From: Octopus sinensis
Taxonomy: Eukaryota
Length of the DNA stretch: 45,993 bases
Direction of reading: 5' to 3'
Assembly (NCBI RefSeq): GCF_006345805.1
Contig: NW_021835203.1
Location: forward strand, 1-45,993
Below the pieces are notes generated by a model that was not told the origin of the DNA, searched no databases, and saw only the letters and a program-made list of their open reading frames with translations. Each line of letters starts with the position of its first letter. Position 1 is the first letter of the stretch. Positions 23,519 through 36,611 of the stretch are shown piece by piece. A program made the translations under genes and the position numbers.

Positions 23519-23682
23519 CGACAGGCTTCTTTCAGTTTCCGTCTACCAAATCCACTCACAAGGCTTTGGTCGGCCCGAGGCTATAGTAGAATACACTTGC
23601 CCAAGATGCCACGCAGTGGTACTGAACTCGGAACCATGTGATTGGTAAGCAAGCTACTTACCACACAGCCACTCCTGCGCCT
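23272..23682 (-). mobile_element. Full-length SINE family B with internal (TA)/(TG) microsatellite
   Basis: Minus strand: AGGCGCAGGAGTGGCTGTGTGGTAAG (A-box), GGTTCCGAGTTCAGTACC (B-box), CTTGGGCAAGTGT core, tail ...GCAGTCAAATGACTAAAACAAGTAAAAGAGTAAAGAGT. Confidence 0.92.
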
Positions 23683-23764
23683 ATTTATTTTACTATTTAT
23701 TTTACTGTTAATATGTTTGTATGAGTTATTGCATGGCTTGTTTTCTTTGTATCGTCTATCTGTG

Positions 23765-23890
23765 TTCAATTCCGAGGACTTTGCTTTCACCCTTTCGGGG
23801 TCGATAAATTTAGTACCAGTTGTGTACTAGGGTCGATCTAATCGACTGCCCCAATCCAATTTCGGGATTTGTGCCTAGAGTGGAAAAGAA
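23765..23890 (+). mobile_element. SINE family A, 5'-truncated
   Basis: GTTCAATTCC..GACTTTGCTTTCACCCTTTCGGGGTCGATAAATT..GGGATTTGTGCCTAGAGTGGAAAAGA. Confidence 0.85.
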
Positions 23891-24508
23891 GTAGTGTGTG
23901 TGCGTGCGTGTGTGTGTGTACTTTCTTAAGGGAGTTTGAATGTGTACTTGTTTATATGTCTGTATGTGCATATGTTTGTGACAGAGAAAAAGAACCTGCG
24001 CACAGGAATTTATGCGTATGCATATGAGGTGGGTGTCTTCGTGTGTGTATGTCTGTGTGTGAGCCGGTCGTTTTCTTACGTATGATCTATACGCGTGCTT
24101 GTGTGTCTGTGTGTCTGTCTGTACGAAAGAGAGTGATTGAGACACACGCATATACATGCATACATACATACACGCATACATACATACATACATACATACA
24201 TACATACATACATACATACATACATACATACATACATACATACATACATACATACATACATACATACATACATACATACATGCATGCATGCATACATAAA
24301 TGATGGCGGCAAACTCGTGTTCGCCTGATCGAAAGTCCCACACATGCAAAGACTACAACCAGCTTACATCAATTCGTATATCAGAGCATGACGTATGTTT
24401 GCATGCGTGTGCGCTTATATATTCTCTGTGTGTTCGTACTTGAATGTGTGTGCGTGTGTTTCTGTGACTGTATGTGTGAGCGTGCCTCTATGTGCGTATG
24501 TGAGTGTG

Positions 24509-24539
<31 letters not shown>

Positions 24540-24889
24540 TTACTCTTTACTCTTTTACTTGTTTCAGTCATTTGACTGCGGCCATGCTGGAGCACCGCCT
24601 TTAATCGAGCAACTCGACCCCGGGACTTATTCTTTTGTAAGCCCAATACTTATTCTATCGGTCTCTTTTGCCGAACCGCTAAGTAAGATTGAATGAGTTT
24701 GTACATATAAATTAATGCGTGTAGGTATGAGGTGACTGCCTCAGTATAAATGTGTGGGTACATACGTTTGGAATAGCTGTTGTTTAGCCCTAAGTAAAAC
24801 TTGAACCAGAAGACCTATGATCGACATGTAGGTACCTGGTGCTTCGTTATGCAACCATTTTGTACTTCTAAGTAAATTTAACGTTTTCA

Positions 24890-25610
24890 TAAACTTTTCT
24901 TCTCTAGGCACAAAGACCGAACTTTTCAGAGAGGGGGCTAGTCAATTAGATCTACCCCAGTACGCAACTGGTACCTAATTTATCGATCCCGAAAGGATGA
25001 AAGCGAAAGTCGACCTCGGTGGAATTTGAACTCAGAACGTAAAAACAGACGAAATACCTATTACTTTACTACTCACAAGGGGCTAAACACAGATAGGACA
25101 AACAAGGACAGACAAACGGATTAAGTCGATTATATCGACCCCAGTACGTAACTGGTACTTATTTAATCGACCCCGAAAGGATGAAAGGCAAAGTCGACCT
25201 CGGCGGAATTTGAACTCAGAATGTAGCGGCAGACGAAATACTGCTAAGCATTTCGCCCGGCGTGCTAACGTTTCTGCCAGCTCGCCGCCTTAAAACTAAT
25301 CTTTTTTACTCTAGGCACAATGCCCGAAATTTTGGAGGAGGGAACCAGTCGATTAGATCTACCCCAGTATGCAACAGGTACTTCATTTATCGATCCCGAA
25401 AGGAGGAAAGCCAAAGTCGACCTCGGTGGAATTTGAACTCAGAACGTAAAGACAGGGAAAATACCGCTAAGCATTTCACCCGGCGTGCTAACCTTTCTGC
25501 CAGCTCGCCGCCTTAGAAATAATCTTTTCTACTCTAGGCACAAGGCCCGAATTTTTGGGGAGGGGGCCAGTCGATCATGTCGACGCCAGTACGCAATTGG
25601 TACTTACTAG
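24890..25610 (-). mobile_element. Tandem cluster of SINE family A (dimer + monomer + tail)
   Basis: Same core and junctions as 18365-18990. Confidence 0.9.
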
Positions 25611-26221
25611 AACGCTTAATATACCTTATAGCACATTATGGTTGCGTAATGAAATTAGTGTCGTCTATAATTTCCATGCAAAATCTGTAGAGAAAACCTT
25701 AACAAGAACACCTATGATGAAAGGCGTTCATGTTGTGACCATGCAGTGAGACTACAATTCCTAGTCTTATCTGTTTTAAGAATGTTGACTGTTGTTTCTA
25801 GCAGGACGAGTTGTGATATAGCGATATCTCGTTGTTTCTGCACGTGTTATTAAGTACGCGTGTGCATCTATATGCCCCGCCCCAAAAATTTCGGACCTTG
25901 TGCCTAAAGTAGAAAAGAATATTATGTACACAAATTCACACACATGCACATACATACATTACATACATTACATACAAACATACACCCATGAGTTCTGATC
26001 AAAAGGTATCAAGACTGTAGTTATAATAACTCTAAAGTACGCAGACTAAAGCCACTTGACACACATTCACCTTAAACACTCGCGAACGCACACTGATAAC
26101 ATTTTCGCTCACTTCCGTTGCTTATAGCAGTGCTTGGAAGTAGTGTGTACAGTGTGGCCGCCTCACACACCATAACAAAGGTCCCGTCAGTGACAATGAC
26201 AGAACATATAGTTAAGTTAAG

Positions 26222-26500
26222 TTAATTTTTTGAGACTTTGAACCGAGCGGTCGTCGGCATCTTCACTATATCGTCCGGCAGCTTATTCCACGGATCCGCA
26301 ACCCGGACGGAGAAAGCCCCTCTCCTTCGATTGAGATGAAATCGTCGCAGATAGAGCTTTTCGGAGTGACCCCGCAGCCGACGCTCTGGAGCAGGAGTGA
26401 AGAACAGCTCTTTCGAGAGGTTACACTTTCCGCTTATGATGTTGTGAGCAAGAATGAGATCACCACAGCGTCGTCGTTTTTCTAGAGAATAAAGGTCAAG
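26222..26500 (-). mobile_element. CR1-like LINE ORF2 C-terminal fragment
   Basis: YSLEKRRRCGDLILAHNII...RLRGHSEKL...RRGAFSVRVADPWNKLPDDIV matches the RRLRGDLI/RGH/FSxRVxxxWNxLP C-terminal pattern of CR1-group elements. Confidence 0.85.
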
Positions 26501-27124
26501 CGTCTTCGTGCGCGCGCGTGTGTGTGTTAGTGTGAAAGAGTGAAAGAGAAGGGGAGAGAGGGGGATGGGGGAGAGAGAGAGAGAACGAGAGGCTGTATGC
26601 GTGTGTCGAAAGAAACACGGCTTGAAGTTAATTGCGACGAAAAAGCTGTTGTTAAAAATCAAATCTCACTTGAAAAGAGCAAGATTCCAAGAGGACGATG
26701 AAATCTAAGAGAATGCGATGAGGCAGGTGCTCGCAGTTCCAGAAAGGCTTCTGGTAATGGAAACGACGCTTGATAATGTGTTGTACTTTAGAAGGGGACT
26801 ACTTCGAAAGAGATGCTGAATTGACATCTTTTGCAGTTTTCTTTTCATAGAACCAGTTCCGATATTTTTTTTTTATCTGACCTCGTATATATCTATGCGT
26901 GCGCCTTTGTGTTTGTATTTGTCCTCCTCCCCGCCGCTCGACAACCGCGGTTGGTTTGGTTACGTCTTCATCACTTTACGGAATCGGCATTAGAGAGGAT
27001 TAGAATAAGTAGCACACTTCAAAAACTAAATGCCGTGCTCCAGCATGGTCACTGACCAACCAGTGAAACAAATAAAAATATTATACATACATACATACAT
27101 ACATACATACATACATACTCCCTC

Positions 27125-27290
27125 CATTTTTTACCTCTGTCTTCCCTTCTCGGGATCTTTCCTTCTCCTATGTTTCCGACGAAGAGCTCCGCTCGAAACG
27201 TTAAACCCTCCTTCTTCCCTTCTTTCCTGAGCGTCCAATAATACTATATTTGTTCCACGTCCTCGCGTTGTTGTGTTTTTTTGTGTTTTC
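27125..27290 (+). mobile_element. Short solo pLTR-like element with minimal hammerhead-like motif (27172-27206)
   Basis: GTTT-CCGACGA-A-GAGC(TCC)GCTC-GAAA-CGT-T^AAAC. The downstream flank TGAGCGTCCAATAATAC..TTTG is shared with 30150-30310 and 34340-34560. Confidence 0.6.
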
Positions 27291-27306
27291 TTGTTTGGAT
27301 TAACTT

Positions 27307-27345
<39 letters not shown>

Positions 27346-27599
27346 CCCAAGAACACAGAGCACCTCCCGGCCGTGAATGGGAACAACAAGAGAGAGAGAG
27401 AGGGTGGAACAGACAGACAGAGTCAAACAGACAGACTCAAATAGAGAAAGTGAGAGAGATAGGAAGAGAGAGAGAGATGGATGAAGGGATGGCGAGAGAG
27501 AGAGAGGGGGAGAGAGAGAGAGAGAGAGAGAGCAAAATATGGGGAATTGCTTTCTCACGGGTTCGAATGTGCCTCAACGATATTTAAACTGGTGACAGG

Positions 27600-28575
27600 T
27601 TTGTATTGATACACATTAAAGAACAAACGCAGTACCTCGTGGACAAACAATCAAAGGCCTGTCAGGAATTCAGCTTGACTATCAGTCTGAAGAAGACACA
27701 AGTAATGGGTCAGTGTCAGGCACGTCGCCACCATCACCATCAACATCTGCAAGCTGGAGGTAGTTCATCAATTCATCTATCTCGGCTCAACCATCGCTGA
27801 TGACCTCTCCCTGGACTCTGAGATAAACAGGCGAATCCGACAAGCATCCTCCACATTTGCCAAGCTCACAAAGAGAGTCTGATAAAAAAAAAACTGGCTG
27901 CAAACACTAAAATCGTTGTCTATAATCGTTGTCTTAGTACGCTACTTTATGGCAGTGAGACGTGGATCCACTACTCTGGGCAGGTGACGCGTCTCAACGT
28001 CATTCATCTTCGCAATTTATGACGCACCTTGGACATCAAGTGGACCGACCACATCACCAACACCGAAGTTCACAACCGAGCCAAGATACCCGGCATACAT
28101 ATCTTGCCCCCAACAGCGTCGTTTGCGCTGTCTCGGTCATGTTCATCGCTTGCCAGATGGAAGAATCCCCAAAGACCTCCTGTATGGAAAATTGGCTACC
28201 GGCACAAGAGCACGAAGACGACCTCATCTTCGTTTCAAAGATGTCTGTAAAAGGGATATGAAGTCGCTTGATTTTGGACGTCCTGAGACGGGAGGAAGTT
28301 GCAGATGATCGCACACACTGGAGGCAAATACGGCGATAGGGAATGAAGAGAGCGAAAGAAAAACAGGAACTGGCCATTAGAGAAAATTGCACTCAACTGA
28401 AGGAAAAATCAGCAGCACCGCCAGAGAGCTCCTTCAAATGCATTCGCTGTATGCGTGACTACCACACCCGTGTGGGCCTGTACAGCCACAACAGGTACTG
28501 CACCGCCATCCGCAGCTGACACGATTTGGGCGGAGGGCGCAGATCCATGGCTTGTCGTGGCCGAGGATGCCTACC
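27600..28575 (+). mobile_element. RTE-clade LINE 3' fragment (RT C-terminus, terminal Zn-finger, short 3' UTR), frameshifted
   Basis: SKACQEFSLTISLKKTQVMGQ, FIYLGSTI, LSTLLYGSETW, LRCLGHVHRLPDGRIPKDLLYGKLATGTRARRRPHLRFKDVCKRDMK, and a C-x2-C..H Zn-finger-like end (KCIRCMRD..GLYSH). Confidence 0.92.
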
Positions 28576-29084
28576 ACAGTTTACTGCTGTCACACTGCTT
28601 CTTATTTACGTCGAACCACCGGATAGGGCAACATGACGGGAATGTAATGAGAGCGACCTGTGTCTCGTATCAACTCGCAGCGTCAGCTTTTCTGGAGTCT
28701 GTTGCTGAAGAGGAGACAACCACTCTGAAATGCATGCATCTAAACAGTATGGTAAGTAGGCGCTCCATCACAAAATACAGTGAATGGCTTTCTTACGAGA
28801 ACTGGTCACAAAATTGTATTTATACACACCACTGCTTAGTGCTGTCACCCCGAAAGCAGATATTCACTCATAATATACAGAATATTGTCATAGTAAAATG
28901 GAATCAGTCAGCAAGATTTCTTTGCTTCTAAAAGCCTTTTATATTTCTACTTGCCATCAGCAGCGAATGTGTTTTGGTTTAAAAGATAGATCGGGAACCT
29001 AGCTTCAGCTGACATCACTTAACTGTTGCTACTTGACTTGCGAGAACTTGAACATGATGCGTAAATACTCACGCATATATACAC

Positions 29085-29164
29085 ATATATTATACATGTG
29101 CATGTGTCACTGTAAGTGTGCGTATTTGTGAGTGACATGTGTATATATATTTGTGAGTGACATT

Positions 29165-29217
<53 letters not shown>

Positions 29218-29371
29218 ATATATACTTATAAATATAAAAATGTATATATGTATATATATATATGTATATATGTATGCATACACATATATATATGAATATA
29301 TATACATACATGCATATATACATATATATGTGTATATATAATATATGTGTATATATTATATATATATATAT

Positions 29372-29407
<36 letters not shown>

Positions 29408-29450
29408 ATATTTATATATAATATATATACACATACATACATATATATGT
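29085..29450. repeat. (TA)n-rich compound microsatellite (similar tracts at 30000-30150, 32400-32900, 34000-34350, 35150-35300, 42130-42440, 44080-44180)
   Basis: Directly visible. Confidence 0.9.
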
Positions 29451-29638
29451 GGGGAGTGTACAAATATGCACGCACACACATATGATATATAATGTAGATG
29501 AATTGTTTATACTTTTACTTTCTTCAGTCCTTGGATTGCGCCCATGCTGGTGCACCGTGCGCCTTGAATGGTTTGGCACAAAAAATTGAACCCGACAGAC
29601 AGACAGGGAAACACACTTCTAGACGGACAGATAGACTG

Positions 29639-29681
<43 letters not shown>

Positions 29682-29998
29682 AATAGATCAAAACAGACAC
29701 CCACATGGAGAATTGTCGTATAGCATTTCAACTGACAATGCATTGCTCAGAACTAAGCTTTAAGAGAAGACATCTGCTGTGCTGACCTCAAAATCACGTG
29801 GTTGGCCAACAAATGTCTTAACTACACAGCTATGCCAACACCGACACTTATACACACACACACATTTATATATAATGAAAGTAAGCAACAGAATATCCGG
29901 CTACTTATTTTGATTTTATTCACCTTATTTCGAGCTGTGCAGATAATACCGGACTGACTTGGTGCTTCAACTTACGTACCTAATTCAACTGAATCCTC

Positions 29999-30060
<62 letters not shown>

Positions 30061-30111
30061 TTATATATTATATATATATATATCCATATATATAATATAT
30101 ATATATATTAT

Positions 30112-30149
<38 letters not shown>

Positions 30150-30154
<5 letters not shown>

Positions 30155-30310
30155 CCTTCGACTTTTCGCTTTTTCCTGTTTCCGAAGAGGAGCTATGCTC
30201 GAAACGTAAAACTACAAACTACTACTCTTTTCTTTCTCCGAGCATCTTATTAATATATTGTTTGAGCTACGTCCACGCGCTTGTTTTTATTTTTTCTTCT
30301 TCTCTATGGT
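30150..30310 (+). mobile_element. Short solo pLTR-like element with minimal hammerhead-like motif (30178-30212)
   Basis: GTTT-CCGAAGA-G-GAGC(TAT)GCTC-GAAA-CGT-A^AAAC. Confidence 0.6.
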
Positions 30311-30341
30311 TTTTGAATCGTCTATATATATATATACATAT

Positions 30342-30394
<53 letters not shown>

Positions 30395-31149
30395 AAAACA
30401 GACAGACATATATGTATATACAGACATACATGCATATAACGTGTGTGTATATGTATGTGCTTGTATGTTTGTATGGTGGCGAATGGGGTGAATGTGTAGT
30501 ATTCACTGAGGAGACAAGTTCAAAAGAGCGTCGTGAGGTCACTTAGAAGAAAGAACTCAAAGCAAGACATCTTAGAGTCAAAAAATCTTATTCGTATATA
30601 AATATATGTAACACGCGTACAAACAAGCTCACACACATGTACACACACACGTACACACACACATCCACACACATACAAACACACACGCATACACACTGAC
30701 ACACACACATTTACACATGCACGTAGTATTTGATGAACAAAAGTAGATTATTTCCTCAAGAGAAGGTACTGGAACATTTCAACGTCTACTCTATTACCGT
30801 TGTATAGAAAAAAACTTAATGTGGATAATTGATATGCTTTTGCATTTCTCTTTTTAGCAAAATGATATTTACGGCCATTTTATTGTAGCTTCTTTGTTGG
30901 AGGTAAAAGAAATTCCGCCAAAAATATGATAGTATATACGCCCCAAAAAACTATGAGGAAATATTTTGAAAATTCGAAAACAAATATGGAGACTTTAAAT
31001 TTTAAAAAAAGACACAAAAAACGGAAGTGGTAACTGCGCTATCTGAAACAGTTGTAAAACATTACTTTGAAAGTGTAGCCATCCAGAAGGAAATGATGAA
31101 CATGGATCGACGCTCTTAGAAAAATAAGGAACGTGGTCGTAGTATGTTA

Positions 31150-31720
31150 CAAAAGATTGTACCTCCTTGTCCGAAAGCTTCAATGAGGAGGGTGCGAAGT
31201 GAAAAGTTATATGTCTCCGCTTTTTGCAAACGGAAAGAACTTCCATATGCCTTCAAAAGAGCAGTTAGAAGAAAACTTGGTAGAAATGCAGTTCGATGCG
31301 TATCTTGTGAAAGGAAGTAGTGTGTATGAAAGTGTATATTTGATCTTTAAGACTGGGGAATAAAAAAGAAACAGGCGGAACTGATGCCTCATTCATTTAC
31401 CCAGTTGAAGGTGTTACATTATATGAAGAAACAATCTAGAAAGTGTCACCGAGGCAGGCATCTGCGGATGTTGTCTCTTAACTTGTCGTTGCATGTACAG
31501 CAGACTAGGCGCAGGTGTCGAGTGTGGAGACGCAACACAATATGCTGTAGGGTAGAGTTTGCACAGACATGGATGTCTCGAAATCTACAAGTCTGTGTGC
31601 AAGAGAGACAACCATGTTACGGATGCAAGATCAACAAATGCTTAGTTGTCACACATGCGGAAGCATAGTTCACATGAAGGCTTTTCGATCAGAGAGAATA
31701 AAACGGAAGCAGATGAAGAA
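31150..31720 (+). pseudogene. Possible degraded LINE ORF1 / gag-like fragment with a zinc knuckle remnant
   Basis: CHTCGSIVHMKAFR (CX2CX4HX4 with the last Cys missing, ~31647-31690). Upstream protein-like stretch FANGKNFHMPSKEQLEENL..VYLIFKTGE is broken by stops. Confidence 0.3.
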
Positions 31721-31789
31721 AGGGGGATGCAGACAACAGATGGCGCCACAACAGCAGCAGCAGGCCTCAAAAAATCTCTGTTCTCCGAT

Positions 31790-32010
31790 ACCTATTTCTT
31801 TACTACCCGCAAGGGGCTAAACATAGAGGGGACAGACATAAGTATTAAGTCAATTACATCGACCCCAGTGCGTAACTGGTACTTATTTAATCGACCCCGA
31901 AAGGATGAAAGGCAAAGTCGACCTTGGCGGAATTTGAACTCAGAACGTAGCGGCAGACAAAATACCGCTCAGCATTTTGCCCGGCGTGCTAACGGTTCTG
32001 CCAGTTCTCC
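31790..32010 (-). mobile_element. SINE family A monomer with alternative tail
   Basis: Core plus the CTATTTCTTTACTACCCGCAAGGGGCTAAAC tail seen in the dimers. Confidence 0.88.
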
Positions 32011-32460
32011 AATACCGTCAATCAAACATTCACTGCCTCACGTACACATTCATATAATGAAGCATTCATATACATAGGAGCTTACATTTATACACTTTCT
32101 TATCTCTTTTTCCGACTGCCTCTCACACTTCTTCTTTTAATGACATATGCAGAATTATCCATAGACATACGCATTGTTACACGGACGCTCCTACACGTAC
32201 CTGTTCAGACAGTCGCACACCAATACTCACGGACTGACACAACTACGGACACATGTTTCTCGCTTACAAGTCCGCACGCATGCGCTCTCATTAACATGGA
32301 ATGACATACACATATACAAACAATCATATACACGTATGTACGAATATAGCCACGTATAAAGAGGTGTACGTTCAAATGATAATCCCTACACACTGCAACA
32401 CATATAGACAGACACACAGACAGACATACACACAAACACACACCATTCACACATACATAT

Positions 32461-32574
<114 letters not shown>

Positions 32575-34292
32575 TCATACACACATATGTATGCATAAAT
32601 GCGCATATATCCTACTTACATACATACGTCGTATATATACACATCCATACAGACATCGGCATACATTAATACAAACAGACACCCACAGAAATGCAGACAT
32701 ATACATACACACACATACATATATACATACTTACATACACATACATACAAACACACATACATACAAGCACACACTTAAATGCACAATTGCGTCTATACTT
32801 ACACACACAAATCATACATGCACATACCTAAATACGTACAGGCGTACTTACGTACGCATATACATATATGCAAACACATATATACATACACACATATACA
32901 TGCATACACACATACATACAAACACACACATACAAAAATACATGCATATATACATATCCAGAGCTAAACACATCAGACTCGCCGTTCACTCATTTACTCT
33001 GTACGATGTTTGAACGCAGCCATGAGAAGCAAGAAATAAACAAACAAATTATTAAGAGTAAAATAATGAATAAAAATAAACAAATAAAAGCTCTAAAATG
33101 AATTAGTCTGCTTTTCCCTCCATGTTATATCGATATTGGCTGCGTCGTCTGGTTTCTTTGATATCACTGGATTACTTGTTTTTGTGTCTCTCTGTCGATT
33201 TATATGTGCATGTGTAAGTTTTTATATGTATGTGTATGTTTAGATGTTTATATATATATATATATGATTAATTGTCTATATATATATGCCGGTTTATATG
33301 TATGTATATGTCTGTGCATATGTATTTTGGTATTCATGTAAACCTATAAAAGTATATATATATATATATATATTTGTTTACATGTTTGTTTTTGCTTCTT
33401 GTTTATGTTTGTATATTTAACTGTTTTTGTTCTCACATTGCTCTTTCTGTGTATATTTACACGTATCGTTATATGTCTGTGTATACATATATGTGTGTGT
33501 GTGTGCGTGTGTGTGTGTGTGAATGCGTGTGTTTGTGTGTAACTGTACGTGCAGTGCATGTGTATGGTTCATTTATGCATTTGTATCTGTGTTTATATGT
33601 TTGTGTGTACTTGTCTTGAATGCCATGCCATGGGTCCACAAGTTTCGATAAATTCGTCGAAGTTCAATCATACACCCATTCCTGCCATGTCTCAAGCCTC
33701 AGTGCTAAAAATCGAAACCCCATTAACAATTTACAAATCTATTCTCTGACATTCTTTGCTCGTCTTTCCCTCCGTTCACCCCTTAGACTTCCTCCCTTGA
33801 TGCTTGGGTTTGCAAGGACACTAAAACTTGATTTACATTAAGACCACCAGAGCGAAGGTTTTTGCCTTTTATTACCAGTGTGAGGTGTTCAAGAAGGTCC
33901 ATGTCCTCTCCTTCCTCCTCAGTGGTCCCCTCACATTACACATAGGTTCGCTAACCCGCTCATTCGTAAACGTGTTCAAGCGTTCAAACTTCCCTTTTGC
34001 ATGTGATATATATATATATATATATATATATACAGTATATATGTGTGAGTATGTGTTTGTTAGTGTGTATATGTATATATATATGCGCACATACACATAC
34101 AATCACACATGCATATACATATTATTCAAAAATCACTCCTCTTTGTTGGTCTTGATATATTTAATCAAGACAATATTTCCTCTCATTGCTGAAATTATAA
34201 TACCATCTATTTAAGAAATTACTGATCTCTTCAGATTTTGAAGCAAAAGAAACTCTCTGTATATTAGTTTTATCTTCACGATTATATATATA

Positions 34293-34339
<47 letters not shown>

Positions 34340-34350
<11 letters not shown>

Positions 34351-34560
34351 CGGAAGCTTTATGAAAATAAACAAAAGACGAAGGCAGGAGGAATACAAAC
34401 AAACAATTGTATTAGTATGGCGCTCAGGAATATAAATAAAACAAGTCTTTTACGTTTCGAGCCTACGCTCTTCAACAGAAAGATACACAGAAAAGAAACA
34501 CAGAAAGAAACAAGGAGAGAAAAAAAAAGGAGAGAAAAAGAAAATGCGTGCAGAGGCTAG
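34340..34560 (-). mobile_element. Short solo pLTR-like element with minimal hammerhead-like motif (34446-34483)
   Basis: Minus strand: TCTTT-CTGTTGA-A-GAGC(GTAG)GCTC-GAAA-CGT-A^AAAGA, followed by TTCCTGAGCGCCATACTAATACAATTGTTTG. Confidence 0.6.
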
Positions 34561-34759
34561 CGAATCGTGGCCTTCTTAATTTGAAGGAAATAAGTTCCTT
34601 AATAGTATATGTACAGCTACATACATATACGTAACTTCACGATTAAGAAATTGATTTCCTTCAAATAATTTTACAATGATGTGAAAAGATGACAATCCGA
34701 TGAAGCAAAATGAGGAGAGTAAGTAGAACGAGGAAAAACTTCCATATTTAGTGTTGCAA

Positions 34760-35085
34760 GCCTTTTCTTGAGTGGCTTGAACAGTGTGTGAAAGTGAAAC
34801 GCTTAACCAATGATGGCCGCTTCTTTTTCTGCAAACTTTTGTACAATGCTTCCAACTAACGACAATACTTCTCCGCATTCAATGCTTAGTTTTAGCTTAA
34901 CACTTTATCACAGATGATATTATTCATATCCATCAAACACATAGCATAATTGTTTTCGTGTACTTTCTTGGTTTGGGTATGGATTCTCCTTTTCTTTTGG
35001 GTGCTAACCATTGTCACTTTCGTCGAATATGTTTACAGATGATCCAGTTTTCATCACAGGTGATGATTCTACCCAACAGAAATTC
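34760..35085 (-). pseudogene. Mariner-family transposase catalytic-domain fragment, heavily degraded
   Basis: Minus-strand translation RIITCDENWII...RRK*QWL.P....PKP.KYTKTIMLCV*W...LNAEKYCR*LEALYKSLQKK.RP matches the mariner TCDEKW / KxQW / MLCVWW / INAExYCxQL pattern. Confidence 0.8.
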
Positions 35086-35129
35086 GGTACCAATCTAACC
35101 TCCTATGAACAGCAGAGGTAAATCATTTA

Positions 35130-35152
35130 ACGGAAACTGAAAGAAGCCCGTC

Positions 35153-35189
<37 letters not shown>

Positions 35190-35517
35190 ATATATATAGA
35201 TATATATATATATATACATACATATATATATATATACATGTGTGTGTGTGTTTCTGTTTGTATGTGTGTGTGTGTGTGCGTGTATGTGTGTGTGTGTGTG
35301 TATGTTTGTGTGTCTGTGTTCGTCCCCCCAACATCGCTTGACAACCGATGCTGGTGTGTTTACGTCCCTGTCACTTAGCGGTTCGGCAAGAGAGACCGAT
35401 AGAATAAGTACTAGGCTTACAAAGAATAAGTCCTTGGATCGATTTGCTCGACTAAAGGCGGTGTTCCAGAATGGCCGCAGTCAAATGACTGAAACAAATA
35501 AAAGAATAAAAAAAAAG
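35130..35517 (+). mobile_element. SINE family B, 5'-truncated
   Basis: ACGGAAACTGAAAGAAGCCCGTC + microsatellite + tail. Confidence 0.9.
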
Positions 35518-36084
35518 AATAGCCAATGATGAGGAGCCCACTGGTCAAGGTCAGAGATATTTACTGGTTCTTTAAGGTACTTTTATGATGGAAGTGTGAC
35601 TTGAACACAACTGCTTTGCTAATTTTCTTGCAGTTTGCTTCGGATCTCCCTCAACTACGATTTTCAGAAGCTCAATATTGACAGAACTTGGTCGTTCAGA
35701 TCGAGAAGAATCTGCGAGAGAGCACTTTGCAGAGCGAAACTGACCAAAACCATTGGTGCATTTCCGAACACTAAAGCTTCATTTCCCAAAACGGAACGAT
35801 TATTTCTTGTTGGTTTCATTGCTGAAGAGACACTTTGAATTCTTACAGCTTGCTGTGTCTGATATGGATCTGATCTAAACTAATTTTAAAAAGGTAAAAT
35901 CGACGAGTTAATGTATTTGGGTATGAGGTCATCTGCAGAGGAAAAAACAAGTTAGAACGTAAAAATTCATTGTTATTTTACTGTAAAAAAAATAAGACAG
36001 GAATTTCTGAAAAATTTACTGAGAAAAATGAGATAGGATTTTCTCAAAAATGGGGCAGGAATTTCTTTCCAACTTAATATAACG

Positions 36085-36530
36085 TAGCTTGAAGCAATCC
36101 GGCGCCAATACACAAAGAAGATTGACTCACTGAAACAGATGAGCTCCTGAGAGAGGCTACAAGAACTGAAGTTCTAATCCCTGGAGAGAATGCGAGAAAA
36201 GTATGCAGTGGTATACATATGGAAGTTCTTGGAAGGTCTAGCTTCTAACTTTGGAATTAAAAGCTATACCAACCACCGAACTAGTCGGAACTGCGTAATA
36301 CTAAAGATCCCGTCTTTTTCATCTAGGATAACGACTCAGTATTACAATTGCTTGCGTTTCAAGGAACCGCAAGTGTTTAACATCCTGCCAAACCTCAGAG
36401 ATGGAGGTGTGGAAACGTTAAAAAAACACCTGGACAAATTTCTATTTGAAATCCCAGATGAACCCACATAACGGCAGTGAGCACAAAGAAGAACATCTAA
36501 GTCCAACTCATTTCTTCACCAAAAACGGTA
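36085..36530 (+). mobile_element. CR1-like LINE ORF2 3' fragment
   Basis: LEAIRRQYTKKI...ERLQELK..SLERMREKYAVVYIWKFLEGL...PQVFNILP...LKKHLDKFLFEIPDEP. Confidence 0.8.
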
Positions 36531-36611
36531 TTGAAAGGCGGTGCCCCAGCCTGGCCCCAGCTTCTGGCTGAAACCAGCAAAAGAATAAAAGAATTAAAGA
36601 CTATATTTATA

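Noticed and set aside
21413-24349. MYVC/HTYI-repeat ORFs
   Set aside because: Translations of (TACA)n microsatellites.
33620-33980. Complex unique-looking stretch checked for an exon (also 22920-23240, 25620-26200, 42480-43700)
   Set aside because: No recognisable domain, no long ORF and no paired splice sites found by eye; a homology search would be needed to exclude small exons.
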